Source: Candidatus Cloacimonadales bacterium (GTDB lineage Bacteria > Cloacimonadota > Cloacimonadia > Cloacimonadales > JAFGVF01). Taken from it: a DNA stretch of 64,000 nucleotides. Positions 52,502 through 62,135 of the stretch are shown here, one piece after another; positions within the stretch are counted from its first letter, which is position 1; each line of letters opens with the position of its first letter. Where the stretch lies: positions 1,632,001-1,696,000 of the forward strand of contig OY782781.1 in the NCBI GenBank assembly GCA_963678315.1, in the 5' to 3' direction. The notes below the pieces were generated by a model. The model was not told the DNA's origin and did no database searches. It saw only the letters and a program-made list of their open reading frames with translations. A program made the translations under genes and the position numbers.

Positions 52502-54298
52502 ATGATGAAAAATATACACACTCAAACAAATATAAATACTCAAGAAAAAGCTAATATGATTTGGTCTATAGCCGACATTATTAGAGGGACTTTTAAACCA
52601 CACGAATATGGTAGAGTAGTATTGCCAATGACACTTCTTAAACGATTAAATGATACTCTTCTACCTAGTAAACAAGCTGTATTAGACAAACTTGAAGAAG
52701 TAAAGAACTACGATAAAAAAGAAGGTTTTCTTACCAGAGCATCAGGTTATAACTTCTATAACATTTCTCCTTTTACTTTTGAAACACTACTTAATAATCC
52801 AGAACAGATAGAAGATAACTTCAAGGCTTTCTTAGGTGGTTTTTCCGAGAATATTCAAGATGTACTAAGTAACTTTGAGTTTAACAACATCATTAATAGA
52901 CTTCGTGGTAAAACACCAGAAGAAGATAAACTTTACTATGTGATAAAAGAGTTTAACAAACCACAAGCTTACATGGGAGCTGATAAGTTAACTGCTACCG
53001 ATATGGGCTATATCTTTGAAGAGCTGGTTAGAAAGTTCTCTGAAAGCTATAATGAAGAAGCAGGGGCTCACTTTACAGCTAGAGATATAATCTACACAAT
53101 GACAGATCTTCTGACAGCTGAAGAAAGAGATATATTCTCTAAAGATGGAGTTAATCAAACAGTCTATGATATGACTATGGGAACTTCTCAGATGCTAACC
53201 TGTATGGAAGAGAGATTGAAAGACTTTGATAGTCAGGCAGAAGTTACTGTCTATGGACAAGAGTTCAATGCTGAAACCTATGCCATTGCTAAAGCAGATA
53301 TGATTATTAGAGGAGGGAACGCTTCTAACATGAGATTTGGAGATACTCTCTCTAATGACCAATTTACTAACTTTAAATTCTCCAAAATTATCTCTAATCC
53401 TCCTTTTGGAGTAGATTGGAAAGCTCAACAAAAAGCAGTAAAAGCTGAACATGCTCTAGGTGCTAGTGGTAGATTTGCCCCTGGTTTACCTAAGATTAGT
53501 GATGGACAGATGCTCTTTACACTGAACGGTATATCCAAGCTAGATGAAGATGGTCGCATGGCTATTATTCATAATGGTTCACCCCTTTTTACAGGTGATG
53601 CAGGTTCAGGACCAAGTGAAATTAGACGCTACATCTTAGAAAATGACCTTTTAGATGCTATTGTGCAACTTCCTAATGACCTATTCTATAACACAGGAAT
53701 CACAACTTATATCTGGATTATTACCAAGAAGAAATCTACAAAAAGAATAGGCAAAGTTCAACTTATTGATGCCTCTAAGATGTTTGTTAAACGTAGGAAA
53801 TCAATCGGTAATAAACGGGTTGATATAGATAATAAGTGCCGTCAAGCTATAGTGCAAGCTTATGGTGATTTTAAAAACAAGATGTATCTCTATGATGAAC
53901 ATAGCCTTGAATCTAAAATATTTAACAATCAAGACTTTGGTTACTATAAGATTGTAGTGGAAACACCACAAGTAGATGACCAAGGTAATATAGTATTGAA
54001 GAAAGGAAAGCCCCAAGCTGATACTAATAAAAGAGATACAGAAAATGTGCCAATGCTATTAGGCGTAAATCAAGAAGATGCAATCTCAGCTTACTTTGAA
54101 AAAGAAGTAAAAGCTTATAATCCTAATGCTTGGCTAGATGAAAAGAAAACTAAGATCGGCTATGAAATACCTTTTACACGTCACTTCTATAAATATGTAG
54201 CTCCTGAAAAGTCTGACATTATAGCTAAGAGAATCAAAACCCTAGAAGCAGACTTAATGCAAAGCCTTGCTTCTCTCTTTGATAATGATGGTGAATAA
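52502..54298 (+). CDS. hsdM: Type I restriction-modification methyltransferase subunit M
   Basis: IWSIADIIRG, EAGAHFTARD, YGQE, SNPPFG, GSPLFTGDAGSG, LPNDLFYNTGI. Confidence 0.95.
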   Translation: MMKNIHTQTNINTQEKANMIWSIADIIRGTFKPHEYGRVVLPMTLLKRLNDTLLPSKQAVLDKLEEVKNYDKKEGFLTRASGYNFYNISPFTFETLLNNPEQIEDNFKAFLGGFSENIQDVLSNFEFNNIINRLRGKTPEEDKLYYVIKEFNKPQAYMGADKLTATDMGYIFEELVRKFSESYNEEAGAHFTARDIIYTMTDLLTAEERDIFSKDGVNQTVYDMTMGTSQMLTCMEERLKDFDSQAEVTVYGQEFNAETYAIAKADMIIRGGNASNMRFGDTLSNDQFTNFKFSKIISNPPFGVDWKAQQKAVKAEHALGASGRFAPGLPKISDGQMLFTLNGISKLDEDGRMAIIHNGSPLFTGDAGSGPSEIRRYILENDLLDAIVQLPNDLFYNTGITTYIWIITKKKSTKRIGKVQLIDASKMFVKRRKSIGNKRVDIDNKCRQAIVQAYGDFKNKMYLYDEHSLESKIFNNQDFGYYKIVVETPQVDDQGNIVLKKGKPQADTNKRDTENVPMLLGVNQEDAISAYFEKEVKAYNPNAWLDEKKTKIGYEIPFTRHFYKYVAPEKSDIIAKRIKTLEADLMQSLASLFDNDGE

Positions 54299-54299
54299 T

Positions 54300-55553
54300 A
54301 TGAGAAAGATGAAAGATTCAGGGGTTGAATGGATTGGGGAGATACCGGAGGAGTGGGAAGTAATATCTCAAAAGTACATTATGAGTAAAGAGAAAAAAGT
54401 ATGTAATAAATATACAAATGAAGATATTTTATCATTAACAATGAATGGAGTTATTGTTAGAGATTTAGATAACCCAAAAGGTAAAATGCCAACAACATTT
54501 AATGGTTATCAGTATGTTAGAAATGGAAATTTGTTAATGTGTTTGTTTGATATTGATGTTACACCAAGATGTATTGGTTTGATTCAAAATGAAGGTTTAA
54601 CTAGCCCAGCATATAGCCAGTTTGTAGTAAACAACAATAATGTTCCTGAGTATTACAATTACTATCTTCATATGATAGATAATGACAAAATATATTTGCA
54701 TCTTTCACGAAACCTAAGAAATTCCCTTACTGAAACGGATTTTGGTCATATTAAGACTGTTAAACCAAAGCCTGTAGAACAACAAAAAATAGCAGGCTAC
54801 TTAGACAAGAAAGTAGGGCTAATAGATGATATAATAGCCAAGACAAAAGAGTCTATCGAAGAGTATAAAATCTACAAGCAAGCTTTAATAACCGAGACAG
54901 TGACCAAGGGATTAGACCCTAATGCTAAGATGAAGGATTCTGGTATTGAGTGGATTGGAGAGATTCCTGAGGGGTGGGAGGTTGTGAAGATAAAGTATAT
55001 CTTCGAAATAGTTAAAAGAATTTCAGGTGAACTAGGTCATGATGTGTTATCTGTTACTCAATTAGGTTTAAAAATTAAGAATATTAAATCTAACGAAGGA
55101 CAACTTTCAGCAGATTATTCTAAGTATCAGTTTGTAAATAAAGGTGATTATGTAATGAATCACATGGATTTATTAACAGGGTGGGTAGATTGTTCTAATT
55201 TTTATGGAGTAACAAGTCCAGACTATAGAGTATTTAGAACTAATACAAACTCTTGCTTTAAAGAATACTTCCTCTATATCTTCCAAACCTGTTATACAAA
55301 CAAAATATTCTATGGTATTGGTAGTGGAGTAGCAAAACTAGGGAGATGGAGACTACAAACAGATAAATTTAAGAATTTCGTAGTACCTTTACCATCTTTT
55401 AAAATGCAAAAAAAGATTGTTCATTATCTTAAAGATAGAATAGATTCTATTGATAAACATATCAACCAAAAACAAAAACTTATAACAGAGTTAGAGACTT
55501 ACAAAAAGTCATTAATATATGAAGTAGTGACTGGGAAAAGAGAGATAGAGTAA
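54300..55553 (+). CDS. hsdS: Type I RM specificity subunit S
   Basis: Two conserved MKDSG(V/I)EWIGEIP repeats each followed by a TRD, EQQKIAGYLD, and KKSLIYEVVTGK. Confidence 0.95.
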   Translation: MRKMKDSGVEWIGEIPEEWEVISQKYIMSKEKKVCNKYTNEDILSLTMNGVIVRDLDNPKGKMPTTFNGYQYVRNGNLLMCLFDIDVTPRCIGLIQNEGLTSPAYSQFVVNNNNVPEYYNYYLHMIDNDKIYLHLSRNLRNSLTETDFGHIKTVKPKPVEQQKIAGYLDKKVGLIDDIIAKTKESIEEYKIYKQALITETVTKGLDPNAKMKDSGIEWIGEIPEGWEVVKIKYIFEIVKRISGELGHDVLSVTQLGLKIKNIKSNEGQLSADYSKYQFVNKGDYVMNHMDLLTGWVDCSNFYGVTSPDYRVFRTNTNSCFKEYFLYIFQTCYTNKIFYGIGSGVAKLGRWRLQTDKFKNFVVPLPSFKMQKKIVHYLKDRIDSIDKHINQKQKLITELETYKKSLIYEVVTGKREIE

Positions 55554-55568
55554 GAAAAGAGGGAATAA

Positions 55569-56133
55569 TACATCAGCTTTGCTGAAGTATAGCCACCAGA
55601 GATGGTGGCGTTCCCAGTAGGCTGGCGATCCCAGTGTACAGGCTGAGAGATTATAAAAAAAGTGTAACCTGTAAAGTCGGAGCGCCGTCATCCCTGACGG
55701 CTCACCACCAAGAGGTGGTGATTCCCTACATCAGCTTTGCTGATGTATAGCCACCAGAGATGGTGGAGTTCCCAGTAGGCTGGCGATCCCAGTAGCAGGC
55801 TGAGAGATTATAAAAAAGTGTAATCTGTAAAGTCGGAGCGCCGTCATCCTTGACGGCTCACCACCAAGAGGTGGTGATTCCCTACATCAGCTTTGCTGAT
55901 GTATAGCCACCAGAGATGGTGGCGTTCGTAGTAGGCTGGCGATCCCAGTAGCAGGCTGAGAGATTATAAAAAAGTGTAACCTGTAAAGTCGGAGCGCCGT
56001 CATCCCTGACGGCTCACCACCAAGAGGTGGTGATTCCCTACATCAGCTTTGCTGATGTATAGCCACCAGAGATGGTGGAGTTCCCAGTAGGCTGGCGATC
56101 CCAGTGAGCAGACATAGCCACCGAGAGGTGGTA
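55569..56133. repeat. Tandem array of ~156-bp multi-hairpin (REP/BIME-like) units upstream of the RAYT
   Basis: Units start at 55569, 55727, 55883 and 56039 (last one partial). Each full unit has four stem-loops. Confidence 0.95.
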
Positions 56134-56154
56134 ACAAAAAACAAAGGAAGCAAA

Positions 56155-56670
56155 ATGGATGAAACTAGAGGTTGGTATAATAGAGGTTATCTACCACATT
56201 ATGATTGTAGATATATCTATCAGTTTATAACTTTTAGATTATTTGATTCTGTTCCTAAAGATGTAATAGTACAATGGAAAGATGAATTATCTTGCAATGT
56301 TTCAGATATAGAGCAGAAGCTAATACTTGAAAAACGTATTCATAAATATGAAGATGAAGGATATGGTTGCTGTTTATTGAAAGACCAGAGAGCTTATGAT
56401 ATAATGGAGAAAACTCTTCTCTTCTATAACAATGAAAGGTATCAGTTGATAGAATATGTAATTATGCCAAATCATGTTCACGTTCTAATAAAACTTATTT
56501 CAGATGTTAGTTTAGGTACAATTGTTCATTCATGGAAGTCATTTAGTGCATCTGAGATAAACAAGAAGATGAATCGTAGTGGTAAGGTTTGGATGCGTGA
56601 ATATTTTGACAGGTTTATAAGAAATGAAGAACATTTGAATAATGTTATTAAGTATATACAGAATAATTAG
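56155..56670 (+). CDS. REP-associated tyrosine transposase (RAYT; HUH/Y1, IS200-like fold)
   Basis: RGYLPH, QFITFRLFDS, YVIMPNHVHVL (HUH), HSWKSFSA, WMREYFDRFIRNEEH, KYIQNN (catalytic Tyr). AGGA RBS before ATG 56155. Confidence 0.9.
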   Translation: MDETRGWYNRGYLPHYDCRYIYQFITFRLFDSVPKDVIVQWKDELSCNVSDIEQKLILEKRIHKYEDEGYGCCLLKDQRAYDIMEKTLLFYNNERYQLIEYVIMPNHVHVLIKLISDVSLGTIVHSWKSFSASEINKKMNRSGKVWMREYFDRFIRNEEHLNNVIKYIQNN

Positions 56671-56681
56671 ATATTGAGGGA

Positions 56682-56800
56682 TACATCAGCTTTGCTGATG
56701 TATAGCCACCAGAGATGGTGGCGTTCCCAGTAGGCAGGTATAGCCACCAAGAGGTGGTGATCTCCAGTAGGCAGGCTGACGGTAAACCACCATTCATGGT
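56682..56800. repeat. Partial copy of the same hairpin unit downstream of the RAYT
   Basis: TACATCAGCTTTGCTGATGTATAGCCACCAGAGATGGTGGCGTTCCCAGTAGGC, followed by GCCACCAAGAGGTGGTGA. Confidence 0.92.
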
Positions 56801-56821
56801 GTTTATTCAAAAAGAGGAAAT

Positions 56822-59800
56822 ATGGAATATAAAGAAAGAAGATTTGAGCAAGACATAGAGACTTACCTGTTAGAACAGGCAGGATATGTTAAAGCTAATA
56901 AGAAAGACTATGACGCTGATAAGGCTCTTGATTTAAAGACGTTGATAGGATTTATAAAAAAGACTCAGCCAGATGAGTGGAAACGCTACGAAGTTATCTA
57001 TGGTGATAATTCTAGTAAAAAGTTCTATAAACGCTTTAGCGAAGTCGTGAATGACTTTGGCTTAATACATGTCTTACGTTATGGTATTGATGATAGAGGT
57101 GTGAATTTAAGAGTCTGCTATTTTAAGCCAGAATCAACTCTGAACTCTTTAACCTTAGACAGGTATAGAGCTAATGTTATGAGCCTTGCTAGGCAGTTCT
57201 ACTATTCTACTGAGAATGCAAATTCTATTGATATGGTTCTTTCTCTGAATGGTATTCCTATTGTGGCAATGGAGTTAAAGAATCAGTTTACCGGTCAGTC
57301 TGTAGAGAATGCTAAAAAGCAATATATATATGATAGGAACCCAAGAGAGTTATGCTTCAACTTTAATAAAAGATTCTTAGTCTATTTTGCAGTAGATTTG
57401 TACCAAGTATGGATGACCACGCAACTAAAGGGTAAAGATACTTACTTCTTGCCATTTAACCAAGGTTCAGGTGGAGCAGGCAAAGTAGGAGGATTAGGCA
57501 ATCCTGAAAACCCTGATGGTTATAACACTGCCTATCTGTGGCAAAAGGTTTTGAGAAAAGATTCTCTCATGAATATAATACAGCGATTCTTACACTTGGA
57601 AGTAACAAAAAGCAAAGAGATTAAGAATGGTAAGACTAGGAATATTACTAAGAAGACTATTATCTTCCCTAGATACCATCAACTTGATGTTGTAACGAAG
57701 TTAATTTCTCATGTTCAAGAGAATGGAGCTGGTAAGAACTACTTGATACAGCATTCGGCTGGTTCAGGTAAATCAAATTCAATAGCTTGGACAGCCTATA
57801 GGCTCTCTTCTCTCCATGATGATAACAACAACAATATCTTTACTTCTGTGATAATTGTTACTGATAGACGAGTATTAGACAGTCAGCTACAAGGTGTAAT
57901 TGCTTCCTTTGACCATAGAAGAGGGGTTATTGAAACTATTGATGATAAGAAGAACTCACAAGACTTGAAAAATGCTATTAATGCTGGAGTAAAGATTATA
58001 GTAACAACCTTGCAAAAGTTTCCTGTTATCTTTGATGAAGTGGAAAATACTTCAGGCAAGAGATTTGCTGTAATAGTAGATGAAGCACACAGTTCTCAGA
58101 CAGGTACTTCTGCTCAAAAGCTTAAAACTGCTTTAGCTGATAATGACCAAGCTTTAGAGGAGTTTGCTCAATTTGAAAATACTGAAGAGTCTAATAGAGC
58201 AGACTTTGAAGATAAATTAATCGAAGAACTACAATCACACGGTAAACATAGGAACTTATCCTTCTTTGCTTTCACTGCCACACCTAAAGAGAAAACTCTA
58301 GAGATGTTTGGCCAAGAACAGAATGATGGTACATTTCATCCTTTCCATATCTACTCAATGAAACAGGCTATTGAAGAAGGTTTTATACATGATGTCCTAG
58401 CTCACTACATGACCTACAATACCTGCTTTAAGATTGCTAAAGAAATAAGTGACAATCCAGAACTACCTGAAAGTGAAGCCACCAAGGCAATTAAAAGATA
58501 TCAATCACTACACCCATATAACCTACAGCAAAAAACTGCTGTAATGGTTGAGTATTTCAGAGATGTTACTCGCAAGAAGATAGGTGGAAAGGCTAAAGCA
58601 ATGCTTGTTACAGCATCTAGGTTACATGCAGTACGTTATTATCATGAATTTAAGAGATATATAGAATACAAAAAATATAATAATGTTGATGTGTTAGTAG
58701 CCTTCTCTGGAACCGTAAAAGATGGTGATAATGAGTACACAGAAGTAGGATTAAACATAAAGAAAGATGGTTCTAAGGTAAGTGAAAAGCAGTTAAAAGA
58801 GACTTTCCATGGTCCTGAATTTAATATTCTTATAGTAGCTGAAAAGTACCAAACAGGTTTTGATGAACCACTTCTACATACTATGTTTGTAGATAAAAAG
58901 CTATCAGGTGTGAAAGCAGTTCAAACTCTTTCAAGACTTAATAGAACTAGATCTGGCAAGACCGAAACTTTCGTAATGGACTTTGTTAATGAGGCAGATG
59001 ATATTAGAAACTCATTCACTCCATTCTATAAAGAGACTGTACTTGATGAAGAGATTAATGTTAATCTTATCTATAATACTAAGATTCTTATCAGAGAATT
59101 TTATTTATATTCTCAAGATGATATAGAGCAATTCAACATCATTTATTATAGCAAGAAACAGTCTGAGCATGACTTAGGAAAATTAGCAAGTCAGTTCACA
59201 AGACTAATAAAACAATATCTTGAGCTAGATGCTGAAGAACAGTTTAAGTTTAAGAAAGCTGTACGTAACTTTGTGAAATGGTATGCTTATATTACCCAGA
59301 TAACTAGACTATTTGATAAAGAGCTTCACAAGGAATATAATTATCTGAAATATCTAGCAAAAGTATTACCTAATAAGTCTACAGAGAAAGTAGATCTTGA
59401 AGATAAGATAAAATTAGAATACTATCGTTTGGATAAAAGCTTTGAAGGGGATATACAACTTGAAGAAGAAAATGAGAATGGACTGCTAGTAAATCCAAAG
59501 ACCTTAAATGTAGATAAACCAAAAGATCCTAAAGATGAACTCTTAGATGTTATTATTAATCACATTAATGACCGATTTAGTGGTATCTTTGATGAAGGTG
59601 ATAAAGTAATAGTTGAGACTCTCTTTAATAAGATTCTTGAGCAAAACAGTAAACTTAAGCGTTATGCTAAAAAACATAATCCCGAAATATTTAATACTAA
59701 ACTTGAAGAAGTGTTTGAGAGTGCAGCCCACTCTTGCTATGCTGAACAGATGGGAGCATTTAAGAAACTATTCGAGAATGCTGAATTCTATAATGCTATT

Positions 59801-59848
59801 ATGAGTGCTATTGGTTCTGCTGCCTATAGTGTTTTAGGAAGGGAGTGA
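56822..59848 (+). CDS. hsdR: Type I restriction endonuclease subunit R
   Basis: IDMVLSLNGIPIVAMELKN nuclease motif, QHSAGSGKS, DEAH, FTATPK, TGFDEP, VQTLSRLNR. Confidence 0.96.
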   Translation: MEYKERRFEQDIETYLLEQAGYVKANKKDYDADKALDLKTLIGFIKKTQPDEWKRYEVIYGDNSSKKFYKRFSEVVNDFGLIHVLRYGIDDRGVNLRVCYFKPESTLNSLTLDRYRANVMSLARQFYYSTENANSIDMVLSLNGIPIVAMELKNQFTGQSVENAKKQYIYDRNPRELCFNFNKRFLVYFAVDLYQVWMTTQLKGKDTYFLPFNQGSGGAGKVGGLGNPENPDGYNTAYLWQKVLRKDSLMNIIQRFLHLEVTKSKEIKNGKTRNITKKTIIFPRYHQLDVVTKLISHVQENGAGKNYLIQHSAGSGKSNSIAWTAYRLSSLHDDNNNNIFTSVIIVTDRRVLDSQLQGVIASFDHRRGVIETIDDKKNSQDLKNAINAGVKIIVTTLQKFPVIFDEVENTSGKRFAVIVDEAHSSQTGTSAQKLKTALADNDQALEEFAQFENTEESNRADFEDKLIEELQSHGKHRNLSFFAFTATPKEKTLEMFGQEQNDGTFHPFHIYSMKQAIEEGFIHDVLAHYMTYNTCFKIAKEISDNPELPESEATKAIKRYQSLHPYNLQQKTAVMVEYFRDVTRKKIGGKAKAMLVTASRLHAVRYYHEFKRYIEYKKYNNVDVLVAFSGTVKDGDNEYTEVGLNIKKDGSKVSEKQLKETFHGPEFNILIVAEKYQTGFDEPLLHTMFVDKKLSGVKAVQTLSRLNRTRSGKTETFVMDFVNEADDIRNSFTPFYKETVLDEEINVNLIYNTKILIREFYLYSQDDIEQFNIIYYSKKQSEHDLGKLASQFTRLIKQYLELDAEEQFKFKKAVRNFVKWYAYITQITRLFDKELHKEYNYLKYLAKVLPNKSTEKVDLEDKIKLEYYRLDKSFEGDIQLEEENENGLLVNPKTLNVDKPKDPKDELLDVIINHINDRFSGIFDEGDKVIVETLFNKILEQNSKLKRYAKKHNPEIFNTKLEEVFESAAHSCYAEQMGAFKKLFENAEFYNAIMSAIGSAAYSVLGRE

Positions 59849-59914
59849 GGATTATAGGATTTAAATCTAATCCTATACATTAATATTTTATGTTGAAAAG
59901 AGATAGTAAAAATT

Positions 59915-59939
59915 AAAAGGCGTACCACAGATACGCCTT
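59915..59939 (-). terminator. Hairpin between convergent hsdR and NYN genes
   Basis: AAGGCGTA-ccacaga-TACGCCTT preceded by an A-tract. Confidence 0.6.
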
Positions 59940-59958
59940 AAAATATTATTTTTTTAGA

Positions 59959-60804
59959 TTAATAAAATTTATAGGTGTAGCAAATCCTAATATCGGTTGC
60001 TTGAAGTCCTTTATCTCCATGAGATAATTTGAATTCAAATATCTGATTACGGTTAGGTAAGTCTTTTTCACTGCCTTCAGGTAAATGTGAAGAGTGGAAG
60101 AAGATAGATTTATAAGGAGAATTTTCCTTACGAGAATCTGTTATCCAAAGTCCGTTATTAATTGAATCTAATAATCTAAAAAAGCCAAACTTTTTATCTT
60201 TATTATAAGTATAACAAACACCACGAACCCAAGAGCCTTCTTCACCCCAAGGAATATTATTTAATGGGTGACCGTATTCATCTTGTACTGGTAATAAATC
60301 TGGAACTAAATAACCTGAAAAGAAAATATCTGATTCTGTTTTTAATAAATGTGAAACGTTTCTAAAACCAAGTACATCAACTCGGCATCCTTTGTTTTGT
60401 AATGCTCTAATAACTTGTAAAAAATCACCATCTCCAGTAACTAATAATACATAATCTAATCTGTCTGATTGGAGAAGGGCATCAACTGCAAGATCAAGAT
60501 CTGCGTTGGCTTTAGCATATCTATGACCAGATTCATCGAAGAAAAACCTTACTTTTTTCACAATAACCTTATAGCCATAATCTCTAAGATTTGCGTGGAA
60601 ATTAAGTGAATGTCTTTGATATTCCTGATCTATTTTAGCTCTTTCTTCATCATAAGCAAGATAAGCATTTAATCTAACTGCAATGCCATTATTTCTACAT
60701 GCGAATTCCCTAAGTACATCATAAGCAATACCATATCCACCATTCTGGGCGATATTAGCTACATCAATGTAAATTCCAACCTTCTGATAGCCTGTTTTTT
60801 CCAT
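59959..60804 (-). CDS. NYN (LabA/DUF88, PIN-like) domain protein with C-terminal cold-shock/OB domain
   Basis: IYIDVANI, ADLDLAVD, LVTGDGDF, and C-terminal KKFGF...IFFHSS...GDKGLQATDI. Confidence 0.85.
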   Translation of the reverse strand: MEKTGYQKVGIYIDVANIAQNGGYGIAYDVLREFACRNNGIAVRLNAYLAYDEERAKIDQEYQRHSLNFHANLRDYGYKVIVKKVRFFFDESGHRYAKANADLDLAVDALLQSDRLDYVLLVTGDGDFLQVIRALQNKGCRVDVLGFRNVSHLLKTESDIFFSGYLVPDLLPVQDEYGHPLNNIPWGEEGSWVRGVCYTYNKDKKFGFFRLLDSINNGLWITDSRKENSPYKSIFFHSSHLPEGSEKDLPNRNQIFEFKLSHGDKGLQATDIRICYTYKFY

Positions 60805-61142
60805 AAAAAACTCCTTCTTTTATACAAACCCATTTATAACATAAAGAAATATAATGTCAATGAGTGTTTTATCAATATCCCCAAAAAGTTAGTTAATCTG
60901 AAGGCTTAAAATGGTAAATATGAAGCTAATTATTGGCTAGAGGGCTTGTAATGAAAACTTTAATGAGTGAAAATTACTTCATGTTCCTTGCTATTCAGTA
61001 TAACTATTGTTCACATCATCAAGAATTCCAGATATAAATAATGAATTTGATTGACAACATTGAAAGAACAAGTTATTTATAATTAAACCCTTTTCGAAAA
61101 ATGTAGAATGTATCAATAAATCAATATTTTTAGCAGGGTAAA

Positions 61143-62135
61143 ATGATAAACGGAAGGTTGAAATTGAGTAGTTTAGATAGTAAAATGAATAAAGACAATA
61201 ATAAATTATCTGTTATCTTTTGGGTGTTCTTTTCTTTGTTTGGGGGGTGGAATGGAGTTCAGTTAGCTTTACAACCTCAAGATATTTTAGTGTTTTTTCG
61301 AGAAGACACCTTTTTAAATAGTATTTACCTAACATTATTGTCATTTAGAGAGAACTTACCTCTAATGTTATTCTTCATAACAAGTATTTTTATTGTATGG
61401 CAATATATATCTGTAAAACTTGATTCACAAATGATAAGTCGTTATAATAGCTCATCTTTTTACTGCTCTTTAAAGAAAGAGGATAGATTTAACTTAAACA
61501 TCTCATTAACTTTTATTTCAATAATTATATGGGGGATAAGCTTCTGGTTTTTGAGCACAATCAGTTTATTAACAAAATATTCAGTACTCAATATTTTTGA
61601 TGTTAATTCTACTGAGAATACAATTATTCAGTCATTGCACATTGTAATTGTTTCATTAACCTGTGCTTTGGTACTATTTATCAGACAAAATACTATGATA
61701 TTTGCTAGTAATGGAAGTGTTGGAGAATCAATAACAAGCTTTTATAGAGCATTTAAGAAACATACTGTCTTGTATGTTAGAGTCTTTTTAACTAGCTTAC
61801 TAATGATAATTTTATCTTCATTAGTTTATAAATGGTTAATCATTGGTATTCTTTACAGAATGAAAATAGCACTATTCCCAACTTTTGGAATTAAAATAAA
61901 TACAATTATCACTGGAAATGACTTTTTATTAGAGTCACCTAAACTGATATTGGCATTTTTAATTTCATCAATACTCTTATTCCCTTTAGTAATATTGGGT
62001 TATAAAATGCTTTTAAAATACCAAATTGAAATATTTAACTCATATATGTATGAAGAAAAAATTGATAATTTTGTTGACTTAAATGAAGAAGACTTAATAA
62101 ATAATACAGAAAATAAAAATATGGAGGAGATATGA
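61143..62135 (+). CDS. Hypothetical multi-pass membrane protein
   Basis: Several hydrophobic segments. Stop overlaps the lpoB-like start. Confidence 0.7.
   Translation: MINGRLKLSSLDSKMNKDNNKLSVIFWVFFSLFGGWNGVQLALQPQDILVFFREDTFLNSIYLTLLSFRENLPLMLFFITSIFIVWQYISVKLDSQMISRYNSSSFYCSLKKEDRFNLNISLTFISIIIWGISFWFLSTISLLTKYSVLNIFDVNSTENTIIQSLHIVIVSLTCALVLFIRQNTMIFASNGSVGESITSFYRAFKKHTVLYVRVFLTSLLMIILSSLVYKWLIIGILYRMKIALFPTFGIKINTIITGNDFLLESPKLILAFLISSILLFPLVILGYKMLLKYQIEIFNSYMYEEKIDNFVDLNEEDLINNTENKNMEEI

Noticed and set aside
53160..53200. Atypical HsdM motif I (YDMTMGTSQML) as a sign of inactivation
   Set aside because: I recall similar variants in other HsdM proteins, and NPPF and the rest of the ORF are intact.
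54300..54985. Internal DNA repeat in hsdS as an invertible or phase-variable element
   Set aside because: It is the normal direct duplication of HsdS conserved regions. There is no second hsdS, inverted repeat or invertase.
55569..56133. CRISPR array interpretation of the 156-bp tandem
   Set aside because: Whole units are near-identical with no unique spacers, the period is too long, and no cas genes are present.
56104..56154. N-terminal extension of the RAYT from GTG 56104
   Set aside because: It lies inside the repeat array. ATG 56155 has an RBS and fits the family start.
4213..59804. Short antisense or alternate-frame ORFs in the track (e.g. 4213, 6211, 10198, 23185, 24163, 30937, 39081, 41059, 50405, 53195, 59543)
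   Set aside because: They are shadow ORFs overlapping well-supported genes, without motifs or RBS.
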